A stretch of DNA of 64,000 nt, taken from Podarcis filfolensis. Its lineage: Eukaryota. Of the stretch, positions 49,959 through 63,280 are shown in pieces. Below the pieces are notes generated by a model, which did no database searches, was not told the origin of the DNA, and was given only the letters and a program-made list of their open reading frames with translations. The position numbers and the translations under genes were made by a program. Where the stretch lies: the NCBI GenBank assembly GCA_964270895.1, contig OZ185443.1; one strand, given 5' to 3'. How positions within the stretch are numbered: the stretch's first letter is position 1; every line of letters begins with the position of its first letter.

Positions 49959-52900
49959 CTTACCACCCCTCACACCTGTAAAGCACTTTAAAACCCCATG
50001 CTTACCTTCAACCGTAACAAGAAAATCACTGCAGTAGCAAAAAGTTTGTCTGCTTTTTTGGTTGGAAGAGTTTAAATGTTTAGACTAGAATTCTGGACAG
50101 CTAATCTGCTACAGCATGCTCTTCTGTGCGATTTATGCAGCCCTACTTTGTGTGTGCATGACTGCAGCCTGGGTTAAAGATTGCTGATTGGACTGTTTAG
50201 CATTTCCCCCCATAGATCCAAATAGCAAGGACGCACCCAGCATTACTTTCATATGTTTGCAGTTGTCTGCAGACTATTAGTCCTTTCGGAAAGCAGAAAC
50301 TACGTCTACTCCCCATGGCACACAAGGTTTGCACTGGCCGGTTCCAGTTCTTTGTCAAGCGGTGAAGCTTCTATTTTTGGCTCACCGCAGATGACCTTGC
50401 TGTATGCTACAGAGCTGAATGTCGCCAAAACAAAAGGAGATTATTAAGGGGGAAAAAGCAGTGAGGGAAAAGAACCCTGAGTATTGTGGAATACTCCAAC
50501 CAGCCTATAACAAGGTTATGATGGCTGTGGGCGATAGTAAAAATGGAGGGGAAAGTAGACCATTGCGGGTGAACGCTGCCGACTCGCGAACTGTTGCACC
50601 CGCCAGACTGTTACGCAACAGCTCTTGGGAATTCTGGGAGGGTGTTTGTAAACAGTCAGACATGTGCGCAAAGTCCACGTGGTGCTGACTGAGGCTGGAT
50701 TGGAAGAAACTCTGAATGGAAAGAGCAGCTCAGTCTGCAGCATTGAAGGGAAAGCAAGTTGGAGCCATGCATCTCGGGGCCTTCCTGGAGAGCAAAATGT
50801 TGCAAAAAGTGTGCACCGCATCACAGTGGCAGACATTTCCTAGAACAGTTAGCTGCTTTCTCCAAAGCAAGACGAAAACGTGTGCCAACTATTGAGGAAA
50901 GAAATCAGAAGGAACTGTATGAGGAGTGAACAAGCTACGATGCAACTTTCTGTAACTCAAGTACAGGCAAAGGAATGTTAGCAATAAATTTAAAACAAGT
51001 ATCCTCATGAAAATAAAGAACTGATATACTGATTGCTGTGATGAAGATACTGAAATTTATTTTCAAACTTTCAGCTTTCACACAAAAGACACTGTTCAGT
51101 GGTTTCCAACAGGATACCCAGTCCTATCTGCATTAATTTCTAATGAAGTCTCTTGTGGGTTCATGAGTATTTACTTCCACATATATAGACATGATGGTTG
51201 CAGAATTTGGGCACAGCGAGTATGAAGTTCTGCTTGAATATATTTTGTTTCTCTGTCCACTATACCCAGACACCTGGAAGGTTGCAATCTCAAACAACAA
51301 ACTTGAAAGTGACTTCAGTCCAACAGGGCAATACTTGTCAATATGGTTTGAACAATGCAAGAAGTCATTCTATCTTTGAACTCGTCCTATCTCTGAACTG
51401 GTAAGCAACCTACAGATGCTAGGTCTGAACTAATTAATGGCGTCATTGCATGTGGTAGGTGATGTATATCAGGGCACAAGTCAAAGAGCATACAGGTTTA
51501 ATAAAAGAAACCAGAGCCCCTTGTTTATTGAAGTGGCGTGCCACAGCCTTATCCCCTAACTGCTACTTTTAATTGTGGTTATTACTTCATAGTACAATTA
51601 TTTTTGACAGAAGCATGCACTTCAAGAAAAAGACAGGTTGGACTGAGGGTCCCCCCCCCAATCTGTTTGGTATTCTTTTGGCTTCAATTCTTGCATTCAT
51701 TCATCTGCCATTAAAAAGCCATGGCCTGAAGCAGCCTTCCCACTGAAATAAGTTAAATATTTGGGATTATTCACTGAACTATAACAGACACAAATGAAAA
51801 TTAAAGCTGTAGTGCAAGAACTAAAAGGGAAATCTAATTTCAAGAACTAAGGCCAGTTTACCTGGCATCACAGATTTGGATTTCATGTATGGGTAGGAAG
51901 TCACCAGATAATATTTATTTTCCTGTATAAAGTTATTGGGCTTTCAGTTTCTGCCTCTAAAACAACTTATTTCAGTAAGCAATGAGTGTTAAACTTATTA
52001 GAAATCTGCAGTAGAACTATAGATAGATAGATAAGAGAAAGAGAGAGATAAACACAACACATTTTTCAAGCTGAGTTGTGGACATATTACTTTTCAAGGG
52101 AAACCCCTTTACACCTCAGTGGACCAGCTATGGACTCATACATTATGGTACTTCCACATGCTAAGTTTTTTACCATGATAATAGCATTCTTGTGCAAGGC
52201 AAGCCAGCACGTCATATATCCATAAGCTAGACAAATACTTTGTCAATGCCAGTTAGTCCAAATGTACAGACAAGTTTAGCTCATGGGGACCAGCAGCCTT
52301 TGTGCAATGCCAGCAATGGTAGCTCCAAACCAGCATGGTACCAGGTCTCTCTTCTGTTACCCACTTCCTATTTCACTCAGGCTTGCACCCGTCAACAGTG
52401 GGGAAGTGGATAATGAGAGGTGCCCAAGAACTAGAGCTGTTTCCTTCCATTTCAAGTTCAGCACTTTGGAGCAGGCCCTAGCTCCCGTGTGCAAACAACA
52501 GGGTAAAAATATAACCCAAACAATAATTATTCCCTGTTAGTACTGCATTCGAGCCCAGATTGCCTTTCATCTTGAGACATAGCTCATGCAGCCTCCACAG
52601 CTAACTTTCCAGTGGGTCCCTTCAAACACAAGGATTTTGTGGAACAATAAAGCATTGTGAGCCACCCAAAGAACTCTCATTCTGTGATGGCAAAGAGTTG
52701 TCATAAATAAGTAAACAAATGAGGGATTAATTATAGGAGCAGAAATATGCACAATCTAGCATTGCTATCCAATCTTCTCTAGCACAACTATTACTTTATT
52801 GGATTACAACTTTCTCTTTTTATCTCAGCATCTCCATTTACTCTATTCACCACTTCCCATTCTATATACTAGCTTAGTGAAAAGGAAGTGATGTAACAGG

Positions 52901-53134
52901 AGTGAGTAATCTATACTCCTCCAGATGTTGTTGAAATGCATAATCCCTTACCACTGGCCATGTTAGCTGTGGCTGTTGGGTAAGCCGCAGACCCCCCCCT
53001 CCCTGGTTGTATAGACCATTAACTATTCTCTCAGTGTGATCACCCCCCCCCCAAAAAAAAGTGCATTTAGGCTCATTTTACAAAGCACACTTTCTGCACA
53101 AGACTCTAGCAAAAGCTTCACAATTCAATCAGAA

Positions 53135-54119
53135 CTAGTGGGGTGCCACAGGGTTCTGTCTTGGGCCCGGTCTTATTCAACATCTTTATCAACGACTTGG
53201 ATGATGGACTCAAGGGCATCCTGATCAAATTTGCAGATGACACCAAACTGGGAGGGGTGGCTAACACCGCAGAGGACAGGATCACACTTCAAAACGACCT
53301 TGACAGATTAGAGAACTGGGCCAAAACAAACAAGATGAATTTTAACAGGGAGAAATGTAAAGTATTGCACTTGGGCAAAAAAATGAGAGGCACAAATACA
53401 AGATGGGTGACACCTGGCTTGAGAGCAGTACATGGGAAAAGGATCTAGGAGTCTTGGTTGACCACAAACTTGACATGAGCCAACAGTGTGACGCGGCAGC
53501 TAAAAAAGCCAATGCAATTCTGGGCTGCATCAATAGGAGTATAGCATCTAGATCAAGGGAAGTAATAGTGCCACTGTATTCTGCTCTGGTCAGACCTCAC
53601 CTGGAGTACTGTGTCCAGTTCTGGGCACCACAGTTCAAGAAGGACACTGACAAACTGGAACGTGTCCAGAGGAGGGCAACCAAAATGGTCAAAGGCCTGG
53701 AAACGATGCCTTATGAGGAACGGCTAAGGGAGCTGGGCATGTTTAGCCTGGAGAAGAGGAGGTTAAGGGGTGACATGATAGCCATGTTCAAATATATAAA
53801 AGGATGTCACATAGAGGAGGGAGAAAGGTTGTTTTCTGCTGCTCCAGAGAAGCGGACACGGAGCAATGGTTCCAAACTACAAGAAAGAAGATTCCACCTA
53901 AACATTAGGAAGAACTTCCTGACAGTAAGAGCTGTTCGACAGTGGAATTTGCTGCCAAGGAGTGTGGTGGAGTCTCCTTCTTTGGAGGTCTTTAAGCAGA
54001 GGCTTGACAACCATAGGTCAGGAGTGCTCTGATGGTGTTTCCTGCTTGGCAGGGGGTTGGACTCGATGGCCCTTGTCGTCTCTTCCAACTCTATGATTCT
54101 ATGATTCTATGATTCTATG
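53135..54119 (+). mobile_element. CR1 LINE 3' fragment (RT domain, frameshifted), young
   Basis: [52 protein letters not shown]-type RT motifs, (ATTCTATG)n tail, 12-bp direct repeat ATTCAATCAGAA at 53123-53134 and 54120-54131. Confidence 0.95.
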
Positions 54120-55989
54120 ATTCAATCAGAAACTCAAGACTAAAAGTCTATCTAGACCTCTAGCTGACTATATGTGCAGGGTAAAGGAATCATTCCAGAA
54201 TTTTAGACAAGAGAATTAATTATCTGCGGCTGCAGCCAAAATGCCTTTCTCCCATATCCTGCTGCCTGCTTGGCAACTTATTCTCTGTAATACATTGTGC
54301 AAGACCTGAACTAAACTGTCATTTGGGGCAATTCCAGCCAAGAGATGTATATTTATTGTAGGTTCCTCACCTGGCAAGTCAACAAAGCAATCACCTCGCT
54401 TTTAATAGACTAATGGCACGGTTCTTTCAGAGGAACAAATATCAAGCTCTACACAGAGTTTCTTATGCTAGAGAGGAGAACAGAAAATGTGCAAGTGTAC
54501 ACTATCACAATAATAAATGCATGGGTATCAGTATATCCAGTTAAGTAATAAGCTCTCTCCAGGCCGGTACTCTTCCTCACCCTTCTACATTACAGAGATA
54601 ATTTCAATAATATGAATTAATTAATCATTTCAAATAGAGGAGCAATACACACACAAACCTTTTTTTAAAAAAAAGGTGCAAAGCTGTTGACCCAACTCCT
54701 GCTTTCATGCTTTAAACCTCTTAAAAGCTCTGCTTCAAGATCTGTGGGAGAACCCCTTCTTGGCATCCCATTACTGGCTGAAATTCACTATGATGTGGAA
54801 TAGTGCCTTCTCAGTGGTGGCACCAGTTTCACGGAATGCCCTCCCCTCTGTGATAATGGCTGGCCTCTGATGCATTAAGAACCAGCCTATCTCATTTGGA
54901 GCACATTAATGTAGTGAGGCCAGACACTAATAGGGTCTTGCCTGCTATAGGATTAGAACTGCATGGGGAATTTTATTTAGCATTTCAGGAAATTTTCCAT
55001 TGTAGTGGTTTTATGATCCTGATCTGCGGTGTATGTTACATACACTGGAATCATTACACAATGAAGGGTGGGGTACAAATTGAAAGAGAAATTAAAACAA
55101 TACATCGAAACATTTCTAAGGGCAGGTTCATATAGTCAAGGACATCACTTGGTTATGGGATCCCAATGAAAGTATGAACGGACTCCATTTAGAAACACGT
55201 ATGTACCTGCTATATACACACACATCAGTGGTTGATTCACACATGCCAGTCAGACCACTCCTGAACATGTGAACTAGACCTAAGAGTCCATGTCCATAGA
55301 TCTCCACACTGCATGTCCTCTATTCCTTCTGTGAATAAACAGTCACAGCTGTCCAGACATTATCACCATTATGGCTATAGGGGAACCCCAAACAAATCTG
55401 TTTAGTTTGCTTGGGGGCAAGAACGGCAGGTGATACACCCTTCTTGACAGAAGAACTACAAACTATAATTCAAAGTCTCCCGCTCATGTAAGTATTTTTC
55501 ATGCCTGGCAATGGCAGGTGGTGGAGCTCTGCAAAATGTGTGGAGCTTTGCCTTCCACATTTACATGATGTATACGGTGTGGCTGTTTATGTATTCAGGG
55601 CTATTGCGTAGGATTGCAGCCACAACCTCCAGTGTTGCATATTATCTGGAGTTTCAGCAAAACTGGATTTCCTTGCAGATCTGCTTCAAGTCCCATTTTC
55701 CTTGTGCAGAGGAAAACAATTTCAAATGCCAACGATTAAGAACAAGAACAGTTCTCAACTGTTCTAGAATATATCTACAATATTGGCTGCATTCACACAC
55801 CATGGTAAACCATAGGACAGGGGACACAGGAAATGTGCTTTGCTTGCTGAAGCTCCATGATTCAATCTCTACTATCTTCAGGTAGGGCTGGGAAAGACTC
55901 CTGTTTGAAACCAAGAGTGTTCAGATCAAAGCTCTTCTTGCACTCTATACTGTTGAATCCAGAAGACAGGGGAGTAGGAAGAAAGACTT

Positions 55990-56165
55990 ACATCAGTGGT
56001 ATAGTACATTCTTTGCAGGCAGAAATCCCACATTCAGTCCCTAGGAATTCTGGGCAGGGCTGGGAAATATTATTGCCTTAAACTCTGGAGAGCCACCACC
56101 AGTCAGTGTTGAATGCTAACGTAGATGGACCAGTGGTCTGACTTGGTTAAGGCAGCGATCCTATG
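55990..56165 (+). mobile_element. Squamate tRNA-SINE (Squam3-like)
   Basis: cagtggtatag..cagggctgggaaa..ctggagagccaccaccagtcagtg..tagatggaccagtggtctgact..aaggcagc..cctatg. Related fragments at ~7720-7865 and ~55860-55915. Confidence 0.55.
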
Positions 56166-56227
56166 CATTTGGCCTGGGGTTGAGGCCAAGGGAGTAGTTT
56201 GTCAGAAGCCAATTCATGACTTTAGGG

Positions 56228-56363
56228 CGGGGTTTCCCAAATATGAGTCTCCAGCTGTTTTTGAACTACAATTCCCATCATTCCTGACCATTGATCCTGC
56301 TAGCTAGGGATGATCGGAGCTGTAGTCCAAAAACAGCTGGAGACCCAAGTTTGGGAAACCCTG
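56228..56363. mobile_element. hAT hairpin MITE (same family as 9214)
   Basis: Palindromic; 8-bp TSD CTTTAGGG/CTTTAGGA. Confidence 0.8.
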
Positions 56364-57667
56364 CTTTAGGACAGTAGCACGGCTAAAGGGGGGGCGTTCC
56401 CAATTCATAGCACAGTATCTTCATCAGTAAACTAGACATGGGTTAAATCAGTCACCAGCCCTTACAATTTAGGCTTCTTAAATCTTACACTGATTATTAG
56501 AATATTCACAACTACACCTGTATCTGTGAGATGCTTTGTATTTCTGTAGCATCTTCAGTTAGCGATTTTTCAAATAAATTTAAAAGACTTCTAAGTTTCC
56601 AGAGGTCAACTGAAGTGGATTTGTTGTTACCTGCAGTTCAGATTAAAATTACAACAGAGCTATGATAGGTATGTTCAAATCTCTCTTTAGCTTCTATCCA
56701 TCTCTGATTCACACTGCAGTCAGTTTTTTATGATTCATAATGCATCCCACTGCGTTTCAGAACCAGATCAAACAAATAGCCTTTCTAGATGATGTCATAA
56801 CATTAAGAATTGGCAAAATGCCTTCACAGCAGCCAGAGAGAACAAGACAAATCAATAGTTTATCTTGTTTGGCAAAATAATTTGAGATTGTGTTTTCCAG
56901 CATTGTTCAAAAGAACCACCAATTCTTTTCGAACCTTAGCAAGGGCTCAAAAGTGGACAAAGGGGGTCAAGAGTGAGAAAGAAAACAAAGGAGAAAAACA
57001 GCACAGATGAAGTTAGCATTGATCTTGTACCAAAGCTGACCCAGTTGTGGCACTGATCGTTGTTAAAAGGCTATGCTGCAGCAATGGCAGTTGTGAAGAA
57101 TGCTTTGGAAACTCCAAAATGCCATCACATAGAATTCTTCTGGGTGGTGACAGACACAGTAAATCTAGACTGCCTGTGCCCATAAAGACATAAGTGCTAA
57201 CTTTCTGTATTGGATTAAATGTCTATCTAATCTAATCCACTTCTGACTCCTAGAGCTCTCAAGCAGATGCCCTGGGGAAGTTCACAAGCATGGTGTTCTG
57301 GGAACAGCCATTAGCCGTTCCTTATAATTTGGCCCCAGTATCTAGTAGTCAGCAATATTTTACCACTGGGCATGGCACAATATGCATATTTAGTTGTTAT
57401 GTGCAATAGCTAATGACACATTTACCTTCCATGAATTAATCTAACACCAGGGCCCACCTTGCCACACACAGAGGTTTTCAAAAATACCTCCGGGTGCTTG
57501 AATTCCATGGAGAAGCTTTCAAGTTACATATCCAAGCTCAAAAGTGCCCTGGAGAAAACAGCCGGGTATAAGTGAAATAAACATGGAGAATCTTCATCCC
57601 AGAGCAGCTACGAACCAACCAGGCCTTACAGATTTCCAGTTCCTAGAAGTTTAAGTTGCAATGGCTC

Positions 57668-57903
57668 TAGTGTGGTGTAGTGGTTAAGAGCGGTTTACTC
57701 GTAATCTGGTGAACCGGGTTTGCATCCCCGCTCCCCCACATGCAGCTGCTGGGTGACCTTGTCACACTTTCCTGAAGTCTCTCAGGCCCACTCACCTCAC
57801 AGAGTGTTTGTTGTGGGGGAGGAAGGGAAAGGAGATTGTTAGCTGCTTTGGGATTCCTTAGGGTAGTGATAAAGCGGAATATCAAATCCAAACTCTTCTT
57901 CTT
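57668..57903 (+). mobile_element. tRNA-derived SINE with L2-like 3' end
   Basis: Head gtgtggtgtagtggttaagagc..gaaccgggtttgcatcccc (A/B-box-like), body ctcacctcacagagtgtttgttgtgggg, (TCT)n tail. Confidence 0.7.
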
Positions 57904-58045
57904 GTACTACTTGGTGACATGGCCATAACAATCTCTTTCAAGAAGATTGAAACAGAGTAGCCACTCTGCTTCTTGCATGTAACCAAACAACTTTGTAACC
58001 AAAGTGTTCATTACTATAATGCCATTGACAATCCCTTAGGAAGTA

Positions 58046-58287
58046 CAGTCGTACCTCGGAAGTCGAACAGAATCCGTTCCAGGAGTCTGTTTAACTTCCA
58101 AAATGTTCAGAAACCAAAGTGTGGCTTCCGATTGGCTGCAGGAAGCTCCTGAAGCCAGTCAGAAGCCCCTTCGGACATTCGGCTTCCAAAAGAACATTTG
58201 AAAACCAGAAGACTCACTTCTAGGTTTTGATCGTTCAGGAGCCGATTTTTTCAGGAGCCAAGGTGTCTGAGATCCAAGGTATGACTG
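58046..58287. mobile_element. Tigger/mariner-type MITE
   Basis: CAGTCGTACCTCGG../..CCAAGGTATGACTG with TA TSD. Confidence 0.8.
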
Positions 58288-60047
58288 TACAATGAATACA
58301 ACATGCATACAGCCCACATCTACATGGTGGGAAGTCACTAGCAGTATATTACATCCATGCTGCATCATCTGCATGAGCTTCCTATTGATTCCAGGCCCAA
58401 GTCAAGGTGACAGTTTTGACCTAGAGTCTCATGTATGGCCCAGGAGAATCATGCCTGCATCTTATCACGATCCTCGACTATAATGGGGAAAACTAAGTTT
58501 AGCAACCAAGTTTAGCATCTCACACAGAGAGGAATTTTTAGCAACTGCTTCTCAGAAGTTGCTCAGCAAAGTCACAGTTTTTCTTTATCTAGCTGTTGGG
58601 GAGTGTGGGAAATATCTGTTTGAGTCTCATATATGTTTACCTGCCCTTACAATCGACTAGCCAGCAGATCCACTGACAGCAGCATACACACATTCCAATC
58701 CAAAAAAATAAGGTTCTGGTAAACCACAAAATTGTAGAACAAGAAAACTTATTTACATTTGTCCAATGGAACATGAAGAAGATCTCTTTGCTCTCTTCAA
58801 AATCAGCAATATTGCCCTGAACAGAACTTTTTGCCAATAGTTAGCTTATCCTTGCAGGGAATTAAAAAGTGAATGTACTCCCCATCACTTTAAGGATTCC
58901 ATTTCCCCTTTGCACATTTATTATCAAGAAAGTAATTATTTTTCAATCTTTCATTAGCAATGTGAATACTCTAGAGATGGCATGGACAGTGAGCATCCCA
59001 TGGACGTTCGGGAAAGTTGTCTTGTTTTTTTAAGTAGTCAGTGGGGTTGATCCAGACTAGCAGTAAAGTCCTACATGTGTCTATTCACGAGTAACCTTTA
59101 ATTAGTTCAATGAGACTTACTCTCAGGGTAATTGTGTTTAGGAGCACAGTCTTTTAGCTGAACATGAGTTCCACAGTGTGAAAAGTTAGCCATAGTTAAA
59201 CCTCAGCAAGTTTAACAGAAATAAAGCACAGCTAACTTATGGGTTGATCCAGCCCATAAGTTTATAACTGCACTGTGCCAATCAAGTAGCATCCTAAGTA
59301 AAATAGCAACCCCAGCAGAAAAAGCACTTAGGCAAGCTGCAACAAAACAGTGCAGTTTGCCACATGTACATTTATGAAACCTTGAGGACAGAGATGCTTT
59401 TGAGAAGGGCAACCAGTTTTAGTTGGTCCTGCAGGAATAATGTACTGATTTCAAATGGCAATTTCAGTGCTACACATTATTTTGAAAATCAAGACAATCA
59501 CCATGACTCTAAACATGTTTGCTTAGAAGCAAGCCCCACTGAGATTAGGACTGCAGCCACAGTCACTTCACATTGCCCTTTTGCCATTCAAAATTGAGTA
59601 ACAATTGAACAACCATAACAATTTATCAGGGCACAACACTTTTGGCATAACAAAGTCTAAGGCTAGGAACCTCATTTCAAAAATGAGGTTTGTGTATGCA
59701 GAACAATACAATAAGTGAAAGGTCCCAGAAGTAATAACAATAACATGCTTTATCTCTAGAAGGGCAACATTCTGATAAAGTTGTTCACTGTTTATTCTGA
59801 TGATATGCAGTAACCTAGAACTCTTATCGCATCCACTAGGATGTTCAACAATGGAGCTTTTAAAGAGAAAAAGTCATTCAACTCTACAGTATATATTATG
59901 TATAATGTTGCTAAGCTAAAGGTTTTATCCTACAAGTTACACAAGTAAAGATTTAAGTACTTTTGAGGCAGGATCTAGATGCCCTTACCCTTACTAAGTA
60001 CAAGATGCTACAGAATCTGTCACAGAACACTGGTAATATATTTATGG

Positions 60048-60420
60048 TAAAGGTAAATGACCCCTGGATGGTTAAGTCCAGTCAAAGGCGACTATAGGGT
60101 TGCAGTGCTCATCTCGCTTTCAGGCCGAGGGAGTCGGCATTTGTCCACAGACAGCTTTCCAGGTTGTGTGGCCTAAACTGCTTCTGGCACAATGGAACAC
60201 CATGATGGAAACCAGAGCACACGGAAACGCCATGTACCCTCCTGCTGCAGTGGTACCTATTTATCTACTTGCACTGGCGTGCTTTTGAACTGCTAGGTTG
60301 GCAGGAGCTGGGACAGAGAAATGGGAGCTCACTCCATCGCAGAGACTCAAACCGCCAGCCTTCTGATCAGCAGGCCCAAGAGGCTCAGTGGTTTAGACCA
60401 CAGCGCCACCTGCATCCTTT
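60048..60420 (-). mobile_element. Sauria SINE (more diverged)
   Basis: Same family. TSD ATATTTATGG (60038-60047, 60424-60433). Confidence 0.82.
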
Positions 60421-63280
60421 ACCATATTTATGGACTACATGTGGCAAATGAACTTTATGAACTGTGCTAACTTGTTACCTGCTTTCCTAGAAACCAGTGT
60501 CATGCTGATGCTCAGTGCTCCTAAGTCGAGATACATTTGTGTGCACCAATATGCATGCAGCCCAAGACTGTAATTTGGGATAGAGACCAGTTTCACTGAA
60601 AGAGAAGGATGAGCCTACTTCCATATTGTGAATGGAAGCTGTACTGGTTCCCCAACCAATCTGTGTGTGGAGTTCCCAGTTGAGAAAGAGAATCTGTGTG
60701 CAGAAGCTGCTTTCAAAGGTTAATCCCATCAGCAGTACTTGAGGATTTAATTTTTTTGTTTAAGCTTTTCAGAATATTGAATATTCTTGACAAAACACCA
60801 ACGGCTCAGTTCATGATTATGGAAGAAAGTTTCCCCATTGCAGAGAGAGAGGTCTGGTAGGTGGATACCGTTTTGTTTAAAGAAAACAGCTATTTTCCAC
60901 TGTACTTCATACGTGTGTCACTAACTTAAATAAAACAACAATTATTATCTGGGAACATATCAAGCAGCACATGAGAACAATGCACACTGCTATTTTTATT
61001 ATTACTGAAAAATAATAGAACAATGTGAGGAAATATGAACTTCTTAAGCTTATACGAAAAAAATCAACCCTCCGCTGATGTAACCAGAAAAAGTCAACAA
61101 AGCACATTAACCTTTGAGGAGTAATGTGGGAGTTGTTGCTAACATCCCTTTTACTTTTCAAAGCAGACTGCAGCTTGGACACAAGCTAACTGAGTGAATT
61201 TGTTAACAGAGATAAGAGTAGCAAGAACTCACAAGGGAGTTTCAACAGGTTTGTGTTGGGGAGGTTTGGTGTTTTTTAGTTTTTGTTTAAGACCAAGGCA
61301 TGCATTGGGTATGGGGTTGTTTCTGCCTTCTGATCAACCCCCCACCCCAATAACTGAAGCCTGCTCATTATGCTTGACCATTAACACCCATCTGCTGAAT
61401 TTGTTTTACAAATAAGCTCTGTTCTATTGGCTTTAGTTCTCAACTGAAAGTGCCATCATGGAATACACATGCAATTCCACAAATGACTGTAAGGCTATTG
61501 CTATTCCTCCTCTCCACCCCTCTTCCTGGAGTGTCAGTCTGCCATTAAAATGCAAATACAATTGCCTTATTAGCTAGCAAACAACCACCCACTGACCTTC
61601 TTCTACAGAGGGAAGGCATCTTTCCCGTCATTGTTTTAAAAATGCATTTGTGAATATATAACAGCCAGACGAGTCCTATTCTACCATTGCTTACCATCTC
61701 ATGGTATCATGTTTTGTATTTGCATACTCACCATGGAGGGGAAAAACATATCTCAAAATGAGATCATCAGAGTGAACGTTTCAGTGGAAAGCTGCTAAGA
61801 TCACATCAGCTCCTTCCATCCCCACCACAATCAGTTTACAAAGGCAAATTTTATATAACGTACACCCAAGTACTGTTGCAGAAAGCCTGCTAAGTGGCAA
61901 AAAAGAAACACTTCCAATTCGATTAAAGCTCCCATTACAGATCTAACATATGACCTATGGGAGTGATTGGAATTAGGTTTAATGCTAAATAATAAATACA
62001 AGAAGGCACAACGTTTTGCATTTGACTGGCACATTCCTGGTAGATTATGGTTTAGTAGCCTTGATCTCGTTAAATGGCAATTATTTTAAAAGGGCACAAG
62101 GAAGCTTCCCTCGTCGTCCTGCCACCCCCCCCCCCGCCCACCACCCACATTGAGTAACTGGCTCTCATCACGGGATCCGGCAATTACGAAGCCAAGATAG
62201 CACAGAGAATTGCGAAGGTAGAGAATTGCGAAGGGGAGCAAATGTCCTCTCCAGTTCTCTCTTCCTTCCCCAGGATGGGGGGCTTCACTTTCCTTCTGCG
62301 CCCCTGACCTTGCCGTCCTGAAAAGTCCACAGCCCCCCTCTCTCCCCCCCTCCCGCCCTCTCTCTTGGACTGCGCCTGCCTTTGTGTCTGCTTGTCACTC
62401 ACCGGTAAACCAAATGAGAGCTGATTCATGAAAAGCACAAAGCCGGGGGGGGGGGACACTTTCACACATTAAAGATCTCGCACGCACGCACGCCTCTCTA
62501 ACCCGCTGCGTCCAGGCAGAACGTCCCTGCCCTCTAACGCTAGGCACCTCTCAAGAAAGAGTTTGCTTTTGCCCAGAGATCACAAACCCTCTTCCACTTT
62601 ATTGCTATTCTTTTTTTAGTAAGGGCATATACTCTTAAAGTTTTGGTCACATAACCCAACCATCGATTTTTTTAATTTTGTAAAGCGACCCTCCGCAAAC
62701 TTGCTTTCCCCAAGGCCACTTGGGAGTCTCTTTCCAGAATAAAGCCCGGACGCGATTAAGAACTCAGCACGTGTGTAAGCGAGAACACACGTTTAAAGGG
62801 CGGCTGCAACTGGGGGTGGGGGGTGTAGCGTGGAAGCGAAGAGGAGGAAAAAGAAGTGCAATTTTATAAGACAGAAAAAAACAAAACTTAAAGCAGATCG
62901 ACTTCTCTGTCCAACAAACACAAAGGTGTGTGTGTGTGTGGGGGGGAGATTCATCCACCCCAAACCCAAGTAGCTAAAACAGCAAAGTTCACAAGGCGAA
63001 AGCTACACACATACAGGGGGAAATAGAAGGGGGAAGGAACCCCCAAAATAGCTTCGAATTTTTCTATTTGTCAGCCATGTTGGCGAAGCTGCTGTAATTT
63101 TCTTTTCCATTTGGACCCGCGGAGAGTTGTGTGTGTGTGTGTGTTTCTTTCCCTAAAAGTCACACCAAGGAGCCCCACGGGCTACTAAAGGAGGTCAGAA
63201 AAGGAGAGCGTTTCGGAACAGGGGGGAAAGGGAAAGAGAGACAGAGAGAGGGAAGAAGGAGAGAGAAGCGCGCCTCTGAC

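Noticed and set aside
57668-57740. tRNA gene
   Set aside because: It has only A/B-box-like sequence continuing into a SINE body, with no cloverleaf. The same applies to the Sauria SINE heads.
15441-63280. Homologue of the human non-coding exon 2, or a CXXC-domain exon, in intron 1
   Set aside because: No convincing match; only a weak ~10-nt similarity near 50950. TET2 is known to lack the CXXC domain (encoded separately by CXXC4/IDAX), and no CxxCxxC coding frame was seen.
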